A DNA stretch of 64,000 bases from Promethearchaeota archaeon (lineage in GTDB: Archaea; Asgardarchaeota; Lokiarchaeia; Sigyniarchaeales; SOKP01): the NCBI GenBank assembly GCA_019894975.1, contig JAGXNO010000008.1, positions 1 to 64,000 of the forward strand. The letters are read 5' to 3'. Below, in pieces: positions 29,965-40,213 of this stretch. Both the position numbers and the translations under genes were made by a program. The notes beneath the pieces were generated by a model. It did not search any database, was not told the origin of the DNA, and worked only from the letters and a program-made list of their open reading frames with translations. Within the stretch, counting starts at the first letter, position 1, and the number at the start of each line of letters is the position of its first letter.

Positions 29965-31146
29965 ATGGCTGATAATAAAAATATTTATTCCAAATTAGGT
30001 GTTTCTTCTAAAAAAGAAGATGTTCATAAAGCGATTGAAAAATTGGATAAAGGTCTCTTCCCTGGTTCATTTTGTAAAATTGTAAAAGATGTAAACAATC
30101 GTAAGGATTATTGCTCTGTTTTCCATGCTGATGGCGCAGGAACGAAATCAAGTTTAGCTTATATGTACTATAAGGAGATTGGGGATATCGATGTTTTTAG
30201 AGGTGTTGTAAGAGATGCTATTATCATGAATGTCGATGATATTTTATGCGTTGGTGCGACTGATAACATGTTTCTATCTAATAACATCGGAAGAAATAGT
30301 AATAATATCTCAGGAGATATCCTCGCTACAATTATAGATGAATATTATTCATATAGTAACAAGTTAACGGAACTTGGTTTGAATGTAATTATGTGTGGAG
30401 GAGAAACCGCTGATGTTGGGGATGTAGTAAAAACAGTCCTCCTAGATGCATCTGTATTCACCAGCATGAAGAGAGCGGAAGTCATAAACGCGGAAGACAT
30501 TCAGAATGATGATGTAATTATAGGACTTGCTAGTTCTGGTAAAGCAATATATGAGGAAGAATATAATAGTGGAATCGGTAGTAATGGATTAACACTAGCA
30601 AGGCATGGTATCCTCTCTCATGATTATTATAACAAATATCCTGAATGTTATGATCACAGTATAGATGAGGAACTACTATTTTTTGGTAAATATCATCTTA
30701 CAGATCCTTTAAAAGGTCTTAATTTAACAGTTGGGAAGGCTTTATTATCACCTACAAGAACATATAGCCCCATTTTAATAGAAGTTTTAAATAAGTACAG
30801 GTCAAAGATACATGGAATAATCCATAATACAGGAGGAGGTCAAACCAAGAATCTAAATTATGGTAGAAGTATTAAATATATCAAAAATAATCTATTCTCT
30901 TTACCACAAATATTTGAACTTATTCAAAATTCATCAGAAATTCAATGGAAAGAAATGTTTAGTGTTTTTAATATGGGGCATAGAATGGAATTGTATTGTG
31001 AAGAAGGAGTTGCAAAAGAGATAATCAAGATTGCTACAAAGTATAACGTCGAATCTAAAATTATTGGACATTGTGAGAAATCACCCGATAAGAATAAAAA
31101 TGTTGTCGAGATTAATTCTGAATTTGGTTCTTTCAATTATAGATAA
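29965..31146 (+). CDS. purM: phosphoribosylaminoimidazole (AIR) synthetase, long form
   Basis: HADGAGTK, MNVDD, GGETAD, GSNG, HNTGGG, FNMG. Confidence 0.85.
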   Translation: MADNKNIYSKLGVSSKKEDVHKAIEKLDKGLFPGSFCKIVKDVNNRKDYCSVFHADGAGTKSSLAYMYYKEIGDIDVFRGVVRDAIIMNVDDILCVGATDNMFLSNNIGRNSNNISGDILATIIDEYYSYSNKLTELGLNVIMCGGETADVGDVVKTVLLDASVFTSMKRAEVINAEDIQNDDVIIGLASSGKAIYEEEYNSGIGSNGLTLARHGILSHDYYNKYPECYDHSIDEELLFFGKYHLTDPLKGLNLTVGKALLSPTRTYSPILIEVLNKYRSKIHGIIHNTGGGQTKNLNYGRSIKYIKNNLFSLPQIFELIQNSSEIQWKEMFSVFNMGHRMELYCEEGVAKEIIKIATKYNVESKIIGHCEKSPDKNKNVVEINSEFGSFNYR

Positions 31147-31157
31147 AACGAATAGAG

Positions 31158-32108
31158 TTGATGAAAATTTTTGATGTTATTTGTATTGGAGCCGCTCTTG
31201 TTGATATGGTTGCTCGAGTTGAGAGGTATCCTGAACAGGACGACGAAGTTTTTGTTTCCAATTTAACCTTATTTTCTGGAGGAGCTGCTGCTAATACGGT
31301 TTATGCATGTGCAAAATTAGGACTTAAAACTGCATTCATTGGGAAATTGGGGAGAAATGATGTATTTGGATCAAAAATCTTAAATGATTTTAATGAAGTA
31401 AACGTTGAAACTAAATTTCTAAAATATTCAGATGAGTTTAACACCGGTTCTGCCTACGTTGCATTAAGTAAAGAAGGAGAAAGGAAAATTTACGCATATA
31501 GTGGGGCTGCGAATTATCTTTCGAAGGCAGATATAATCGAAGAGGAGGTATCTCAGACCAATCTTCTTTATTTAAGCAGTTTAAAAAATATGGAACCTTT
31601 TATCCAAGCTGCTGTAATTGGGAGAAAACGTAAGATCCCTATTATTTTAAATCCAGGAATGTTGATTGTTGAGCAAGGATTAGCTAAAATTGAGAGTCTT
31701 TTGAGAAAAATAGACGTTTTAATAATATCCCAAAGAGAATTTACTGTGCTTAACGGTTTCGAACAAGAAAAAATAGATCTTGAAAGGTTTAAAAAAGAAT
31801 CATATAAAATTTTTTCTTTTGGAGTAAGGGTTCTTATTATAACGATGGGTAAGAAAGGAGCTTTAATACTAACACAGAATAATGCCCAAGTTGTTCCACC
31901 CATAGAAACGGATAATGTTGTCGACACTACAGGGGCAGGAGACGCCTTTTCTGCGGGTTTCATATATGGATTTATTCAAAATTCAAGCTTTAAATTTGAA
32001 GATCTTACAAATAATGTTAGGATTGGGAATTTTATAGCGGGTAAATGCATTGAGAAGTTAGGCGCAAGAAATGGAATACCGGAAAAGGGAGACATTGAAT
32101 TAGAATAA
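31158..32108 (+). CDS. PfkB family carbohydrate/nucleoside kinase
   Basis: GGAAAN, DTTGAGDAF. Confidence 0.9.
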   Translation: MMKIFDVICIGAALVDMVARVERYPEQDDEVFVSNLTLFSGGAAANTVYACAKLGLKTAFIGKLGRNDVFGSKILNDFNEVNVETKFLKYSDEFNTGSAYVALSKEGERKIYAYSGAANYLSKADIIEEEVSQTNLLYLSSLKNMEPFIQAAVIGRKRKIPIILNPGMLIVEQGLAKIESLLRKIDVLIISQREFTVLNGFEQEKIDLERFKKESYKIFSFGVRVLIITMGKKGALILTQNNAQVVPPIETDNVVDTTGAGDAFSAGFIYGFIQNSSFKFEDLTNNVRIGNFIAGKCIEKLGARNGIPEKGDIELE

Positions 32109-32180
32109 TTAATGGGAGTAATCAAAAAGTTTTTAATTTTTCAAATCAATAATTTTTTATCTTAAAGTGAGTGAATAGCT

Positions 32181-33254
32181 ATGTTTTATCCAAAAGCAAA
32201 GAAAAATACTGCAAAAAGGAGGTTTTCTTTTTTTCTTTATGATGTTGCATTAGTATTTGTTTTCTTATTCGTCCTTCTTATAATACCTTTATTTATTATA
32301 CCGTTAGTTGTTGAGGAAGTATCTGCTTTATACGGAGTTATTTTCTACGCTGTGAGGGCAGTTATGGTTTTAGTGGGTATTCCCGCTATATTATATTTAA
32401 CTAATCTAATATTCGAGTTTCAGAAAAAAAAAGTTATCATTCATGAGGATATATCTCCCGCAACAAGTCATCTAAAGTTATTTACAATCAGTAAAAAAAA
32501 TTATAAATATCAGATTCTATACGGATTCTTAATTTTCTTTTTAGTTTTCCTCCCCATAGATTTCTTTACCTTCTTACTTCTTCCTGATACAGTCGTTTAC
32601 CAAGCATTGGTTCTTGGAGTGAGATCTACTAATATCTATTTATCTCCTCTAACAGATAGTTACTTAGTCTTTTTAATTTCTGCAATTGCAATTCAAATAT
32701 CTGTTGCCGTGACCGAAGAAACAATTGCGAGAGGGTTTTTAGCGAAACGAGGAAGCGAATATTTCCCTAAAATGTCAGCAGTTATGATATCATCACTTTA
32801 TTTTGGATTAGGTCATTTAGCATACATTCTTGATCTTTATTCATGGTATCCTGTTCTCTGGTTTGTTCAAGCATTTATAATTGGTATTATCCTATCGTTA
32901 TTTGTGTTAAGAAAAATGTGGATTCTTCCTGTAATATTGGCCCACACACTAAATAATATTGTCTCTGCGCATACAATTTGGAGTTTTTGGCACGGAATCA
33001 GTTTTAAAATATTGGTATTTGTGATCTATATTCCTTTGTTCATTGTTGGTATTTTGTTTATTGTCGTTTGTGTATTATTAGTGTGGCCATTATCAAATGT
33101 AAAACGGGGATTTTCAAATGGTTTTGAACTCTTTAGGTCCTATTTTAAGAAAGAGAAAGAAGAAAAATCTGTAGGAGATAGCTTATTCCGTGTGTTTTTT
33201 GATATTTTAATTGGCTGTCTAATTTTCCTTATGGGGATGTTAATTGCCATTTAA
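32181..33254 (+). CDS. CPBP (Abi/CAAX) intramembrane glutamic protease
   Basis: EETIARG, FGLGH, HTLNN. Confidence 0.85.
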   Translation: MFYPKAKKNTAKRRFSFFLYDVALVFVFLFVLLIIPLFIIPLVVEEVSALYGVIFYAVRAVMVLVGIPAILYLTNLIFEFQKKKVIIHEDISPATSHLKLFTISKKNYKYQILYGFLIFFLVFLPIDFFTFLLLPDTVVYQALVLGVRSTNIYLSPLTDSYLVFLISAIAIQISVAVTEETIARGFLAKRGSEYFPKMSAVMISSLYFGLGHLAYILDLYSWYPVLWFVQAFIIGIILSLFVLRKMWILPVILAHTLNNIVSAHTIWSFWHGISFKILVFVIYIPLFIVGILFIVVCVLLVWPLSNVKRGFSNGFELFRSYFKKEKEEKSVGDSLFRVFFDILIGCLIFLMGMLIAI

Positions 33255-33269
33255 AGGAGTGTCGTTTTA

Positions 33270-33788
33270 ATGAAGTTAGGAATAATTTCTGACACTCATA
33301 TAACCTCTATTACCAAGAAGGATCAAGTTGATTCTCTTATCAATCAAATAAAGAATGTATTCAAAGATGTCGATAAAATTATCCATGCTGGAGATGTCAG
33401 TGAACTTTTTTTTTTAAGAGAGCTTGAAAGTATTGCTCCTGTGACTGCTGTAAAAGGAGATGTTGAAGATATCGAAACCTTGCCACAATATGCAAATATT
33501 TCCGTTGGTCAGTATAATATTGGAATAATCCATATATTACCAGAAAATCTTGAAGAATTCATGAAAAATAATAATCTACAGATTCTTATTAATGGACACA
33601 CTCATATCCCTCTTATAAAAGGTACCGAGTTTAATACTCTCCTATTAAATCCGGGTTCCCCTACAAAACCAAACGTACCCCCTCAAAAGCCAGGATTCCT
33701 CAAGCCTGTAGCAAGACCTACGGTTATAACATTAAATGTTGATGAGAATGATATTTTATCTACCTTTATTATAACCCTAAAGCTTTAA
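33270..33788 (+). CDS. YfcE/Vps29-like metallophosphoesterase
   Basis: ISDTH, HAGD, GHTH, LNPGS. Confidence 0.85.
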   Translation: MKLGIISDTHITSITKKDQVDSLINQIKNVFKDVDKIIHAGDVSELFFLRELESIAPVTAVKGDVEDIETLPQYANISVGQYNIGIIHILPENLEEFMKNNNLQILINGHTHIPLIKGTEFNTLLLNPGSPTKPNVPPQKPGFLKPVARPTVITLNVDENDILSTFIITLKL

Positions 33789-34003
33789 GGAATATTGTCA
33801 TTAGTAAGTTTCATCAAATTATTTAATACATTTGTAGAAATAAGATAGGAAAGTAAATGTAATTTGAATTAACAGAATTATGATAATTCAAATAATTTTA
33901 AATATTATTTAATTCATATTAATTATACATAGAAAGTTTATGCGTAAGTGTTAGATTTAGATAATTATTACTCTATTATTACTAAAAAATTAAGTATTTA
34001 GGG

Positions 34004-34414
34004 GTGTTCGTTAAATTGGTAAGTAAACTCGGTTTAGTACTAAAAGAACTTAATGAAAATGGAAATTTTCGTGCTTCACTTTTTGCTACATCAGCAGGTC
34101 TAGTACTTGCCTCCCAAAAAGAAGAAAAAATAGATGAACGCGTAGTTGCCGCTATGGGGTCTTTATTAAGTGATGCTGCATATAAGGCTGCAGAGGAAAT
34201 GGACTTAACTGAAGTAACAAGTATGAAAATTAAATACAAAGATGACTATATAATAATGAGAAACATCATTATGGGTGAAGATAAAACTCAATTTCTTTTA
34301 GCGATTCTAACGAAACTCCCTGAAAGCGAAGAAATTGAAAAATATATTGATCAATTACTAGATTGGGCAGAAGAAAATAGTAAAGGAGACCTGGAAAAAC
34401 TCTCTTCGCTTTAA
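34004..34414 (+). CDS. Roadblock/LC7 domain protein
   Basis: ATSAGLVLAS...VVAAMGSLL pattern and size; exact start uncertain. Confidence 0.8.
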   Translation: MFVKLVSKLGLVLKELNENGNFRASLFATSAGLVLASQKEEKIDERVVAAMGSLLSDAAYKAAEEMDLTEVTSMKIKYKDDYIIMRNIIMGEDKTQFLLAILTKLPESEEIEKYIDQLLDWAEENSKGDLEKLSSL

Positions 34415-34435
34415 TATTATCCCTATCTTTATTAT

Positions 34436-35062
34436 TTAGAAGTTACCTAAAAATTTCAATACTTCCGTAGCAACTTGCTCTTCATAACCCCCGTAAAAAT
34501 GGTCTGTATCAAGGATAAGACTTGTTTTTGGATCCGAATAAGATTCATAATTCTCTAGAAATTGGTCAAATTGAGCTACTTGATCCCTGTTTCCTTGAAT
34601 AAATAATTTAGGCTTAGAAGTTTGAGAATTTTGCTTATAGTTCTCCATAAATCCCCACGGAAAGGCTATAGAGATGAATCCAATTATTTTATCTGAATAG
34701 TTCACTGTTGAACATCCTATCGCTGCCCCATATGAATATCCACATACTACTATTCTCTCAAAACCTTCTTTTATTAAAAAATCAATGCAAGCATGAACGT
34801 CACTCACTTCTCCTGTCCCATTTGAATGAGAACCTGTAGAACTTCCAACACCTCTAAAATTGAACCTTAAACAGGAACAATCATGTTCTATTAACTTTTT
34901 AAATACTCCGGAGACAACATTATTATACATGTTACCCCCATATTGAGGATGGGGATGACATATTAATGTAATAGGTTTAATTTTACCTAAACTCGATTGG
35001 AAAGATTCTGCTTCTAGTTTATTTTCATCATTAGGTATGAAAAATTTATCAACAGCTACCAT
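34436..35062 (-). CDS. alpha/beta hydrolase
   Basis: CHPHPQYGGNM, RFNFRGVG, GYSYG, DHFY. Confidence 0.9.
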   Translation of the reverse strand: MVAVDKFFIPNDENKLEAESFQSSLGKIKPITLICHPHPQYGGNMYNNVVSGVFKKLIEHDCSCLRFNFRGVGSSTGSHSNGTGEVSDVHACIDFLIKEGFERIVVCGYSYGAAIGCSTVNYSDKIIGFISIAFPWGFMENYKQNSQTSKPKLFIQGNRDQVAQFDQFLENYESYSDPKTSLILDTDHFYGGYEEQVATEVLKFLGNF

Positions 35063-35124
35063 ATAGTTTATTTAATTTAAAAATTAAATAAACTTGATCA
35101 ATGAATGTGCGAGATTTGTGAGAT

Positions 35125-35979
35125 ATGAGTCATTATAATCGGTTAATTATTCAAAAAAAACTTAAAGAATTTATTGAGGAGGATTGTAATTTTGCAGATG
35201 TCTCCTCAAGTGTCATACCTGAAAATGCTGAAACAACAGCAAAAATTATTACCAAAAGTGCAGGGTACATTTCAGGATTAAAAGAAATAGAAATATTATT
35301 TGACATATTAAATGTCTCTACAGTTTTTAAAAAAAAAGAGGGAGAAGAATTTAAGGAGGGGGATTTGATAACTGAATTACATGGAAAAACTAGAGATATT
35401 TTACTAGGAGAAAGAGTCGGACTTAATCTTTTAACTCATATGAGTGCAATAACCTCAACAACTAAAAAGTTCGTGGAAATTATAAAAAATGCCGGGAAAA
35501 ATGTAAAAATTGCGTGTACACGGAAAACTACACCAGGATTACGAATTTTTGAAAAAAAAGCGGTTGAAATTGGGGGAGGAGATCCACATAGGTTTTCCTT
35601 GGATGAGGTTCTACTAAAAGATACTCACTTAAGGTTTTATAAAGGAGATATTGAAAAATTACTAGGAGATATTAAGAAAAAGGTAAGCTTCACTAAAAAA
35701 ATTGAACTCGAGATTGAAGAAATAGGAGATGTCTTAATCGCTGCAAAAAATGGAGCAGATATTATTATGCTTGATAATTTTACTCCTGATCAAGTAGAGG
35801 ATGCTATCAATTTATTAAAGCAAAATAACCTTCGTGAAAAGATTATTATTGAAGTTTCTGGGGGAATAACTCCAGAAAATCTTGTAGATTATTTACTTTC
35901 AGATCCTGATGTTATTAGTTCAGGCCAAATAACTCAATTTCCATCCGAACAGGTAGATTTTTCACTCCGATTTGATTGA
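35125..35979 (+). CDS. nadC: quinolinate phosphoribosyltransferase
   Basis: TRKTTPGLR, HRFSL, IMLDN, EVSGGI. Confidence 0.92.
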   Translation: MSHYNRLIIQKKLKEFIEEDCNFADVSSSVIPENAETTAKIITKSAGYISGLKEIEILFDILNVSTVFKKKEGEEFKEGDLITELHGKTRDILLGERVGLNLLTHMSAITSTTKKFVEIIKNAGKNVKIACTRKTTPGLRIFEKKAVEIGGGDPHRFSLDEVLLKDTHLRFYKGDIEKLLGDIKKKVSFTKKIELEIEEIGDVLIAAKNGADIIMLDNFTPDQVEDAINLLKQNNLREKIIIEVSGGITPENLVDYLLSDPDVISSGQITQFPSEQVDFSLRFD

Positions 35980-35986
35980 AGGGGTA

Positions 35987-36379
35987 TTAATCGATAATTA
36001 TTTCACGAATAGAACAGATTACATCTTTAATTTTTGCTAATTCTCTATATAAGTCTTTAATTATCTCAACTTCGCCTACTAATAAAACTATTTCAATTTT
36101 TTTCTCCACTATCCGCCAATCTGTTATAGTTTTTATAATTTGGTGAAATCGTGAATATAAATCTGAAATTTGATTAATAGTAACCTCCTTGAAGGGATAA
36201 ACAAGACTTATCGTCATTATTTTATATCCTTCTAAATTATCAAAATTTTCATTTTTTTCAATAAAATTAACAATTGAATCCCTCAAAGCTTCACTTTTAG
36301 AATTAAAACCACTTTGATTTCTAACTTTTTCAAATCTCTCTAATAAATCATCACTAATTTGCAATGAAATGATTGGCAT
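35987..36379 (-). CDS. NikR-like ribbon-helix-helix regulator
   Basis: ISLQISDDLLERF...SKSEALRDSI plus ACT-like C-domain. Confidence 0.75.
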   Translation of the reverse strand: MPIISLQISDDLLERFEKVRNQSGFNSKSEALRDSIVNFIEKNENFDNLEGYKIMTISLVYPFKEVTINQISDLYSRFHQIIKTITDWRIVEKKIEIVLLVGEVEIIKDLYRELAKIKDVICSIREIIID

Positions 36380-36430
36380 GATAAGATCACTAAAATAATA
36401 TTAAATATAATTTTTTTACTTATTTCTATT

Positions 36431-37261
36431 TTAGAGAAATTTGTTTATAAAATTAATACTCTGAGCTAGATCTTTTGCGGTAGATAATTCAATAATAATT
36501 GGTCCTTGATAATTATGATTATTCATAACTTGAAAGATTTCATGAAAATTCACTTTTCCCGTTCCTAACGGTGGATGAGTGTCTGAATCTTTACTGAAAT
36601 TATCGACAATATGAACATTTTTAATTATTTTATCGAAATAATCCCATAATTTATTAATGTCCCCGTCACAGGTATAAAAGTGGCTTGTATCATACGTAAT
36701 ATAAAGATCTTTGCGATTAATTTTGGAAAGCGTATTTTTTATGTCATTTTCATCAAGCATTATATGGCAATTTTTGGGCATATTTTCCAAACAAATCCTC
36801 ACATCTGAGGTATTCATTGAACTTAACAACTTTTGAATTGATTGGGCTAATTTATTTTTATTATACTCTCTAATTGAATTTATTAGAAAGTTCGCTAGTC
36901 CCGGATGAATAGTCAGTAGATTGACACCAATTTCCCTACAAATTTTTATGGTTTTTAAATAAGACTCAACTGATGCGTTAGAAATGATATCATTATGTGT
37001 ACACAGATTTACATCGATAAAAGGCCCATGAATCTGTTTTTTTAGTGAAAAGGAGTTAACAAGGTTTATGAACCGGGTTTTATGTTCTTCTTTAATAACT
37101 TCGGGGGGATCAAGAACTAACTCAACAGTTTCTATATTATTATTTTCAGCAAAAATAAGACAATCCTCAGAAGCCTTGAGTACTAAATCGGCTAGGTCTT
37201 CATACTTATTAGAAAGTCCGTATTCAATAATAAATCCTAAAGAACTTATTCCTAATTCCAT
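36431..37261 (-). CDS. sugar phosphate isomerase/epimerase (xylose-isomerase-like TIM barrel)
   Basis: HGPF, TIHPG, LENMP, DTSH, HIVDN, HPPLGTG, IIE. Confidence 0.85.
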   Translation of the reverse strand: MELGISSLGFIIEYGLSNKYEDLADLVLKASEDCLIFAENNNIETVELVLDPPEVIKEEHKTRFINLVNSFSLKKQIHGPFIDVNLCTHNDIISNASVESYLKTIKICREIGVNLLTIHPGLANFLINSIREYNKNKLAQSIQKLLSSMNTSDVRICLENMPKNCHIMLDENDIKNTLSKINRKDLYITYDTSHFYTCDGDINKLWDYFDKIIKNVHIVDNFSKDSDTHPPLGTGKVNFHEIFQVMNNHNYQGPIIIELSTAKDLAQSINFINKFL

Positions 37262-37278
37262 GATTCTACACCGTATTT

Positions 37279-37968
37279 TTATATATTATTCTTTTTTTCC
37301 CGCATGCTGCGAGGGTAATTCGCAAATAAGCTTTGATATAATTTTTCAAATCTACCAAGATGTTCATTTGAGATAATTTCTGGTTCTCCTATTTGTAAAG
37401 CACCCCAGTATATTTTAGCTAATTTTTCTACTAATTCTGCAAATTTAATGGCATGATCAATTGATTTACCACAGACTATAACACCATGGCTAGCCAATAA
37501 AGCAGCATTTTTCATACCGAGTGCATTGAGTGCTACTTGTCCGATTTCTTCTGTATGAGCTTCTCCAAAGGCTGATATGTCAATTGTTCCCCCTAAGAAA
37601 ATATACATCTCTTCCATTATAATGGGTATATTTTTCCGAATTGTCGAGAACATAGATGCAAAAGTTGAATGGGTATGTATTACCGACTGGACTTTTGGTC
37701 GGGATTTATAAATCGCAATATGCATTTTTGCTTCTGTGGAGGGTAATTTTCCAGCGCTTAATGGGTTTCCTTCGAAGTCTAAATGTACGATTTCCTCCTT
37801 TTTGAGTGTAGAATATTGGTTAAATGAGGGTGTAATAAAAAATTCTTCTTTCTTACCATTTCGAATACTAACATTACCCTCACCTGTTTCTACTAATCCT
37901 TTAGAGAAAATAGCTTTTGCTCCTTCGACTACGTCTACTCGAAGCTCATCTTCTTTTGTCAATGACAT
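37279..37968 (-). CDS. class II aldolase (fuculose-1-phosphate aldolase-like)
   Basis: GNVS, ITPS, PSTE..MH, HTHS, SHG. Confidence 0.88.
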   Translation of the reverse strand: MSLTKEDELRVDVVEGAKAIFSKGLVETGEGNVSIRNGKKEEFFITPSFNQYSTLKKEEIVHLDFEGNPLSAGKLPSTEAKMHIAIYKSRPKVQSVIHTHSTFASMFSTIRKNIPIIMEEMYIFLGGTIDISAFGEAHTEEIGQVALNALGMKNAALLASHGVIVCGKSIDHAIKFAELVEKLAKIYWGALQIGEPEIISNEHLGRFEKLYQSLFANYPRSMREKKNNI

Positions 37969-38141
37969 AATTTAAATAATTAAGAATGGATTAAAAACCT
38001 ATTTCGAATTGAGAATAAATGCTAGAATCCAAAATAACGCTCTTCTATAAAAATTCAAAATACTCTATTCTTATATATAAAATCTAACGATATCAAAGAT
38101 GTTAAAGAAATATATTAATTACAGATAAAACCTCTTAAAAT

Positions 38142-39233
38142 ATGAACCGACTGATACTCCATTGTGATTTAGATTGCTTTTTTGCTGCTGTAGAGATAAG
38201 AGACAATCCCCAATATCAAAAAAAACCAGTGATTATAGGAGCGGATCCAAAAAATGGAAAAGGGAGAGGGGTCGTATCGACATGTTCTTATGAAGCAAGA
38301 GAATTTGGTCTTCATTCTGGAATGCCGATATCTCAAGCGTATCTCAGGTGTCCTCATGGTATCTATTTAAGACCAAATATCGAAAAGTATCATAAAGCCT
38401 CGAAAGAAGTAATGGAAATATTAAATAGTTATTCAAATGATTTCCAACAAATAGGAAGTGATGAGGCATATTTGGAACTTACAGAGATATGTAGTGATTA
38501 TAAGGAAGCCAAGGAAATTGCATTCCAAATTCAGAAAGAGGTTATGGAGTGTGTACGATTGACAATATCAATTGGGATAGCCCCAACAAAATCTCTTGCA
38601 AAAATTGCATCGGATTGCAATAAACCAAATGGTGTAAGTGTTTTTGAACCAAATAATTTTAAAGAATTACTAAAAGATATGGATATCACCCGTGTTCCCG
38701 GTATTGGTAAAAAAACAAAGGTCTATTTCTATAAGAAAGGGATTAGAACGATTGGTGATATCCTTAATCTTACGTTAGCGAAGATGGTTTCCTTATTTGG
38801 GGAACATGGTAAATGGATCTGGAATGTAGTAAATGGTTTTGATAATCGAAAAGTCAAGGAATTTCACGAAGGAAGGAAGTCTATCAGTGCAGAAAGAACT
38901 TTTTTTGAAGATACAGATGATTTCAATTCAATTTTATCAAAATTGGAGGATATTAATGAAAGGATTCATAAATCAATTATGAAAAATCATATAACATACA
39001 AAACTGTTTCATTGAAAATAAGATTTGAAGGCTATCAAACATATACTCGTGCGAAAACCCTCCCTTTTCATATTCAAAACAAGCAAAGAGTAATCGAAGT
39101 GATTTTAGATTTAATGAAAGAATTTACGAAAAATATGAAGAAAGTAAGGTTGGTTGGGATTAAATTATCCAATTTGGAGAGAAATGGTAAAATTCGACAG
39201 ACTGGAATTCTGAATTATGCATATATTACCTAA
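38142..39233 (+). CDS. dinB: Y-family DNA polymerase IV
   Basis: HCDLDCFFAAVE, SYEAR, SDEAYL, LAKIAS..NKPNG. Confidence 0.95.
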   Translation: MNRLILHCDLDCFFAAVEIRDNPQYQKKPVIIGADPKNGKGRGVVSTCSYEAREFGLHSGMPISQAYLRCPHGIYLRPNIEKYHKASKEVMEILNSYSNDFQQIGSDEAYLELTEICSDYKEAKEIAFQIQKEVMECVRLTISIGIAPTKSLAKIASDCNKPNGVSVFEPNNFKELLKDMDITRVPGIGKKTKVYFYKKGIRTIGDILNLTLAKMVSLFGEHGKWIWNVVNGFDNRKVKEFHEGRKSISAERTFFEDTDDFNSILSKLEDINERIHKSIMKNHITYKTVSLKIRFEGYQTYTRAKTLPFHIQNKQRVIEVILDLMKEFTKNMKKVRLVGIKLSNLERNGKIRQTGILNYAYIT

Positions 39234-40158
39234 ATAATTCAGGTAAGTACTCTTTAATTTGTCTTAAGATCTCCTTGTGAAGCAGCCCATTAGAAGAAAT
39301 AATCCCTGGTTTAGTGAAAATGCTTTTACTTTCTTTATATCTTAAAGGTGTACCATCTATATCGGTTACCTTACCTCCTGCTTCTCTGACAATTAAATCT
39401 CCAGGTAAAAAGTCCCATGTAAACGAACGTTCCAAGTTTATCGGTTTTATATAAAGATCTGCTGTTCCATCAGCGACCATTGCAAATTTAACCATACTAT
39501 CAACTTGAATAAAATTAATTATCCCTATATTTCTTGCGAATTTTATTATCCAAGGTTTATCATAATGTAATGAATGACAGAAACGGAAATCATTTAATTT
39601 GTTAATTTGACTTACTTTAGTTGGTATGAAATTATTGGTATCATAGGAAACGTGAGTACCATATCCTTGCTCAGCTGAAAAGATAGCTAATGATTTACCG
39701 TGGTAGTTGGGGGTCGCAATTGCACACGCCTTGGGGACGGAGTTCACCATTAATCCTACACCTACAGCATAGAATAATCCTTTTTGAAAACCGATAGTTC
39801 CATCGATTGGATCTACAGTCCATTGTCGTTTCGATGATTTCCCACGATATTCAATGTAATCTTTTACGTTATTTATTCCCTCTATATTTAATTCATTGAA
39901 ACATTGTTTAACAGAATTTTCTGCTTTTTTGCCAAAATAAGTCAAGTTTTCTTCTTCAGCGATTATCTGATCATCTGAAAAATGATTTTGTAACTCAGAC
40001 ACAATAAATATTTGAGAAGCAAAGTCAGCTAAAGTTACTGGAGACTGGTCAGCTTTTAAAAATGATTTGAATCCTTTGCTTCGAAACCATTCGGTAATTT
40101 CAGTAGCTTTCTTTACTAGATTTACTGCTAAAGTTAATTCTTTGTTATACCTTGTCAT
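39226..40158 (-). CDS. inositol monophosphatase superfamily, 3'(2'),5'-bisphosphate nucleotidase-like
   Basis: SPVTLAD, AEE, DPIDGT, WD...EAGG. Confidence 0.85.
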   Translation of the reverse strand: MTRYNKELTLAVNLVKKATEITEWFRSKGFKSFLKADQSPVTLADFASQIFIVSELQNHFSDDQIIAEEENLTYFGKKAENSVKQCFNELNIEGINNVKDYIEYRGKSSKRQWTVDPIDGTIGFQKGLFYAVGVGLMVNSVPKACAIATPNYHGKSLAIFSAEQGYGTHVSYDTNNFIPTKVSQINKLNDFRFCHSLHYDKPWIIKFARNIGIINFIQVDSMVKFAMVADGTADLYIKPINLERSFTWDFLPGDLIVREAGGKVTDIDGTPLRYKESKSIFTKPGIISSNGLLHKEILRQIKEYLPELFR

Positions 40159-40213
40159 AAAAAAATGGACGATTTAATTGATATGAATTTGATCTTTACC
40201 TTAAAATTTATCT

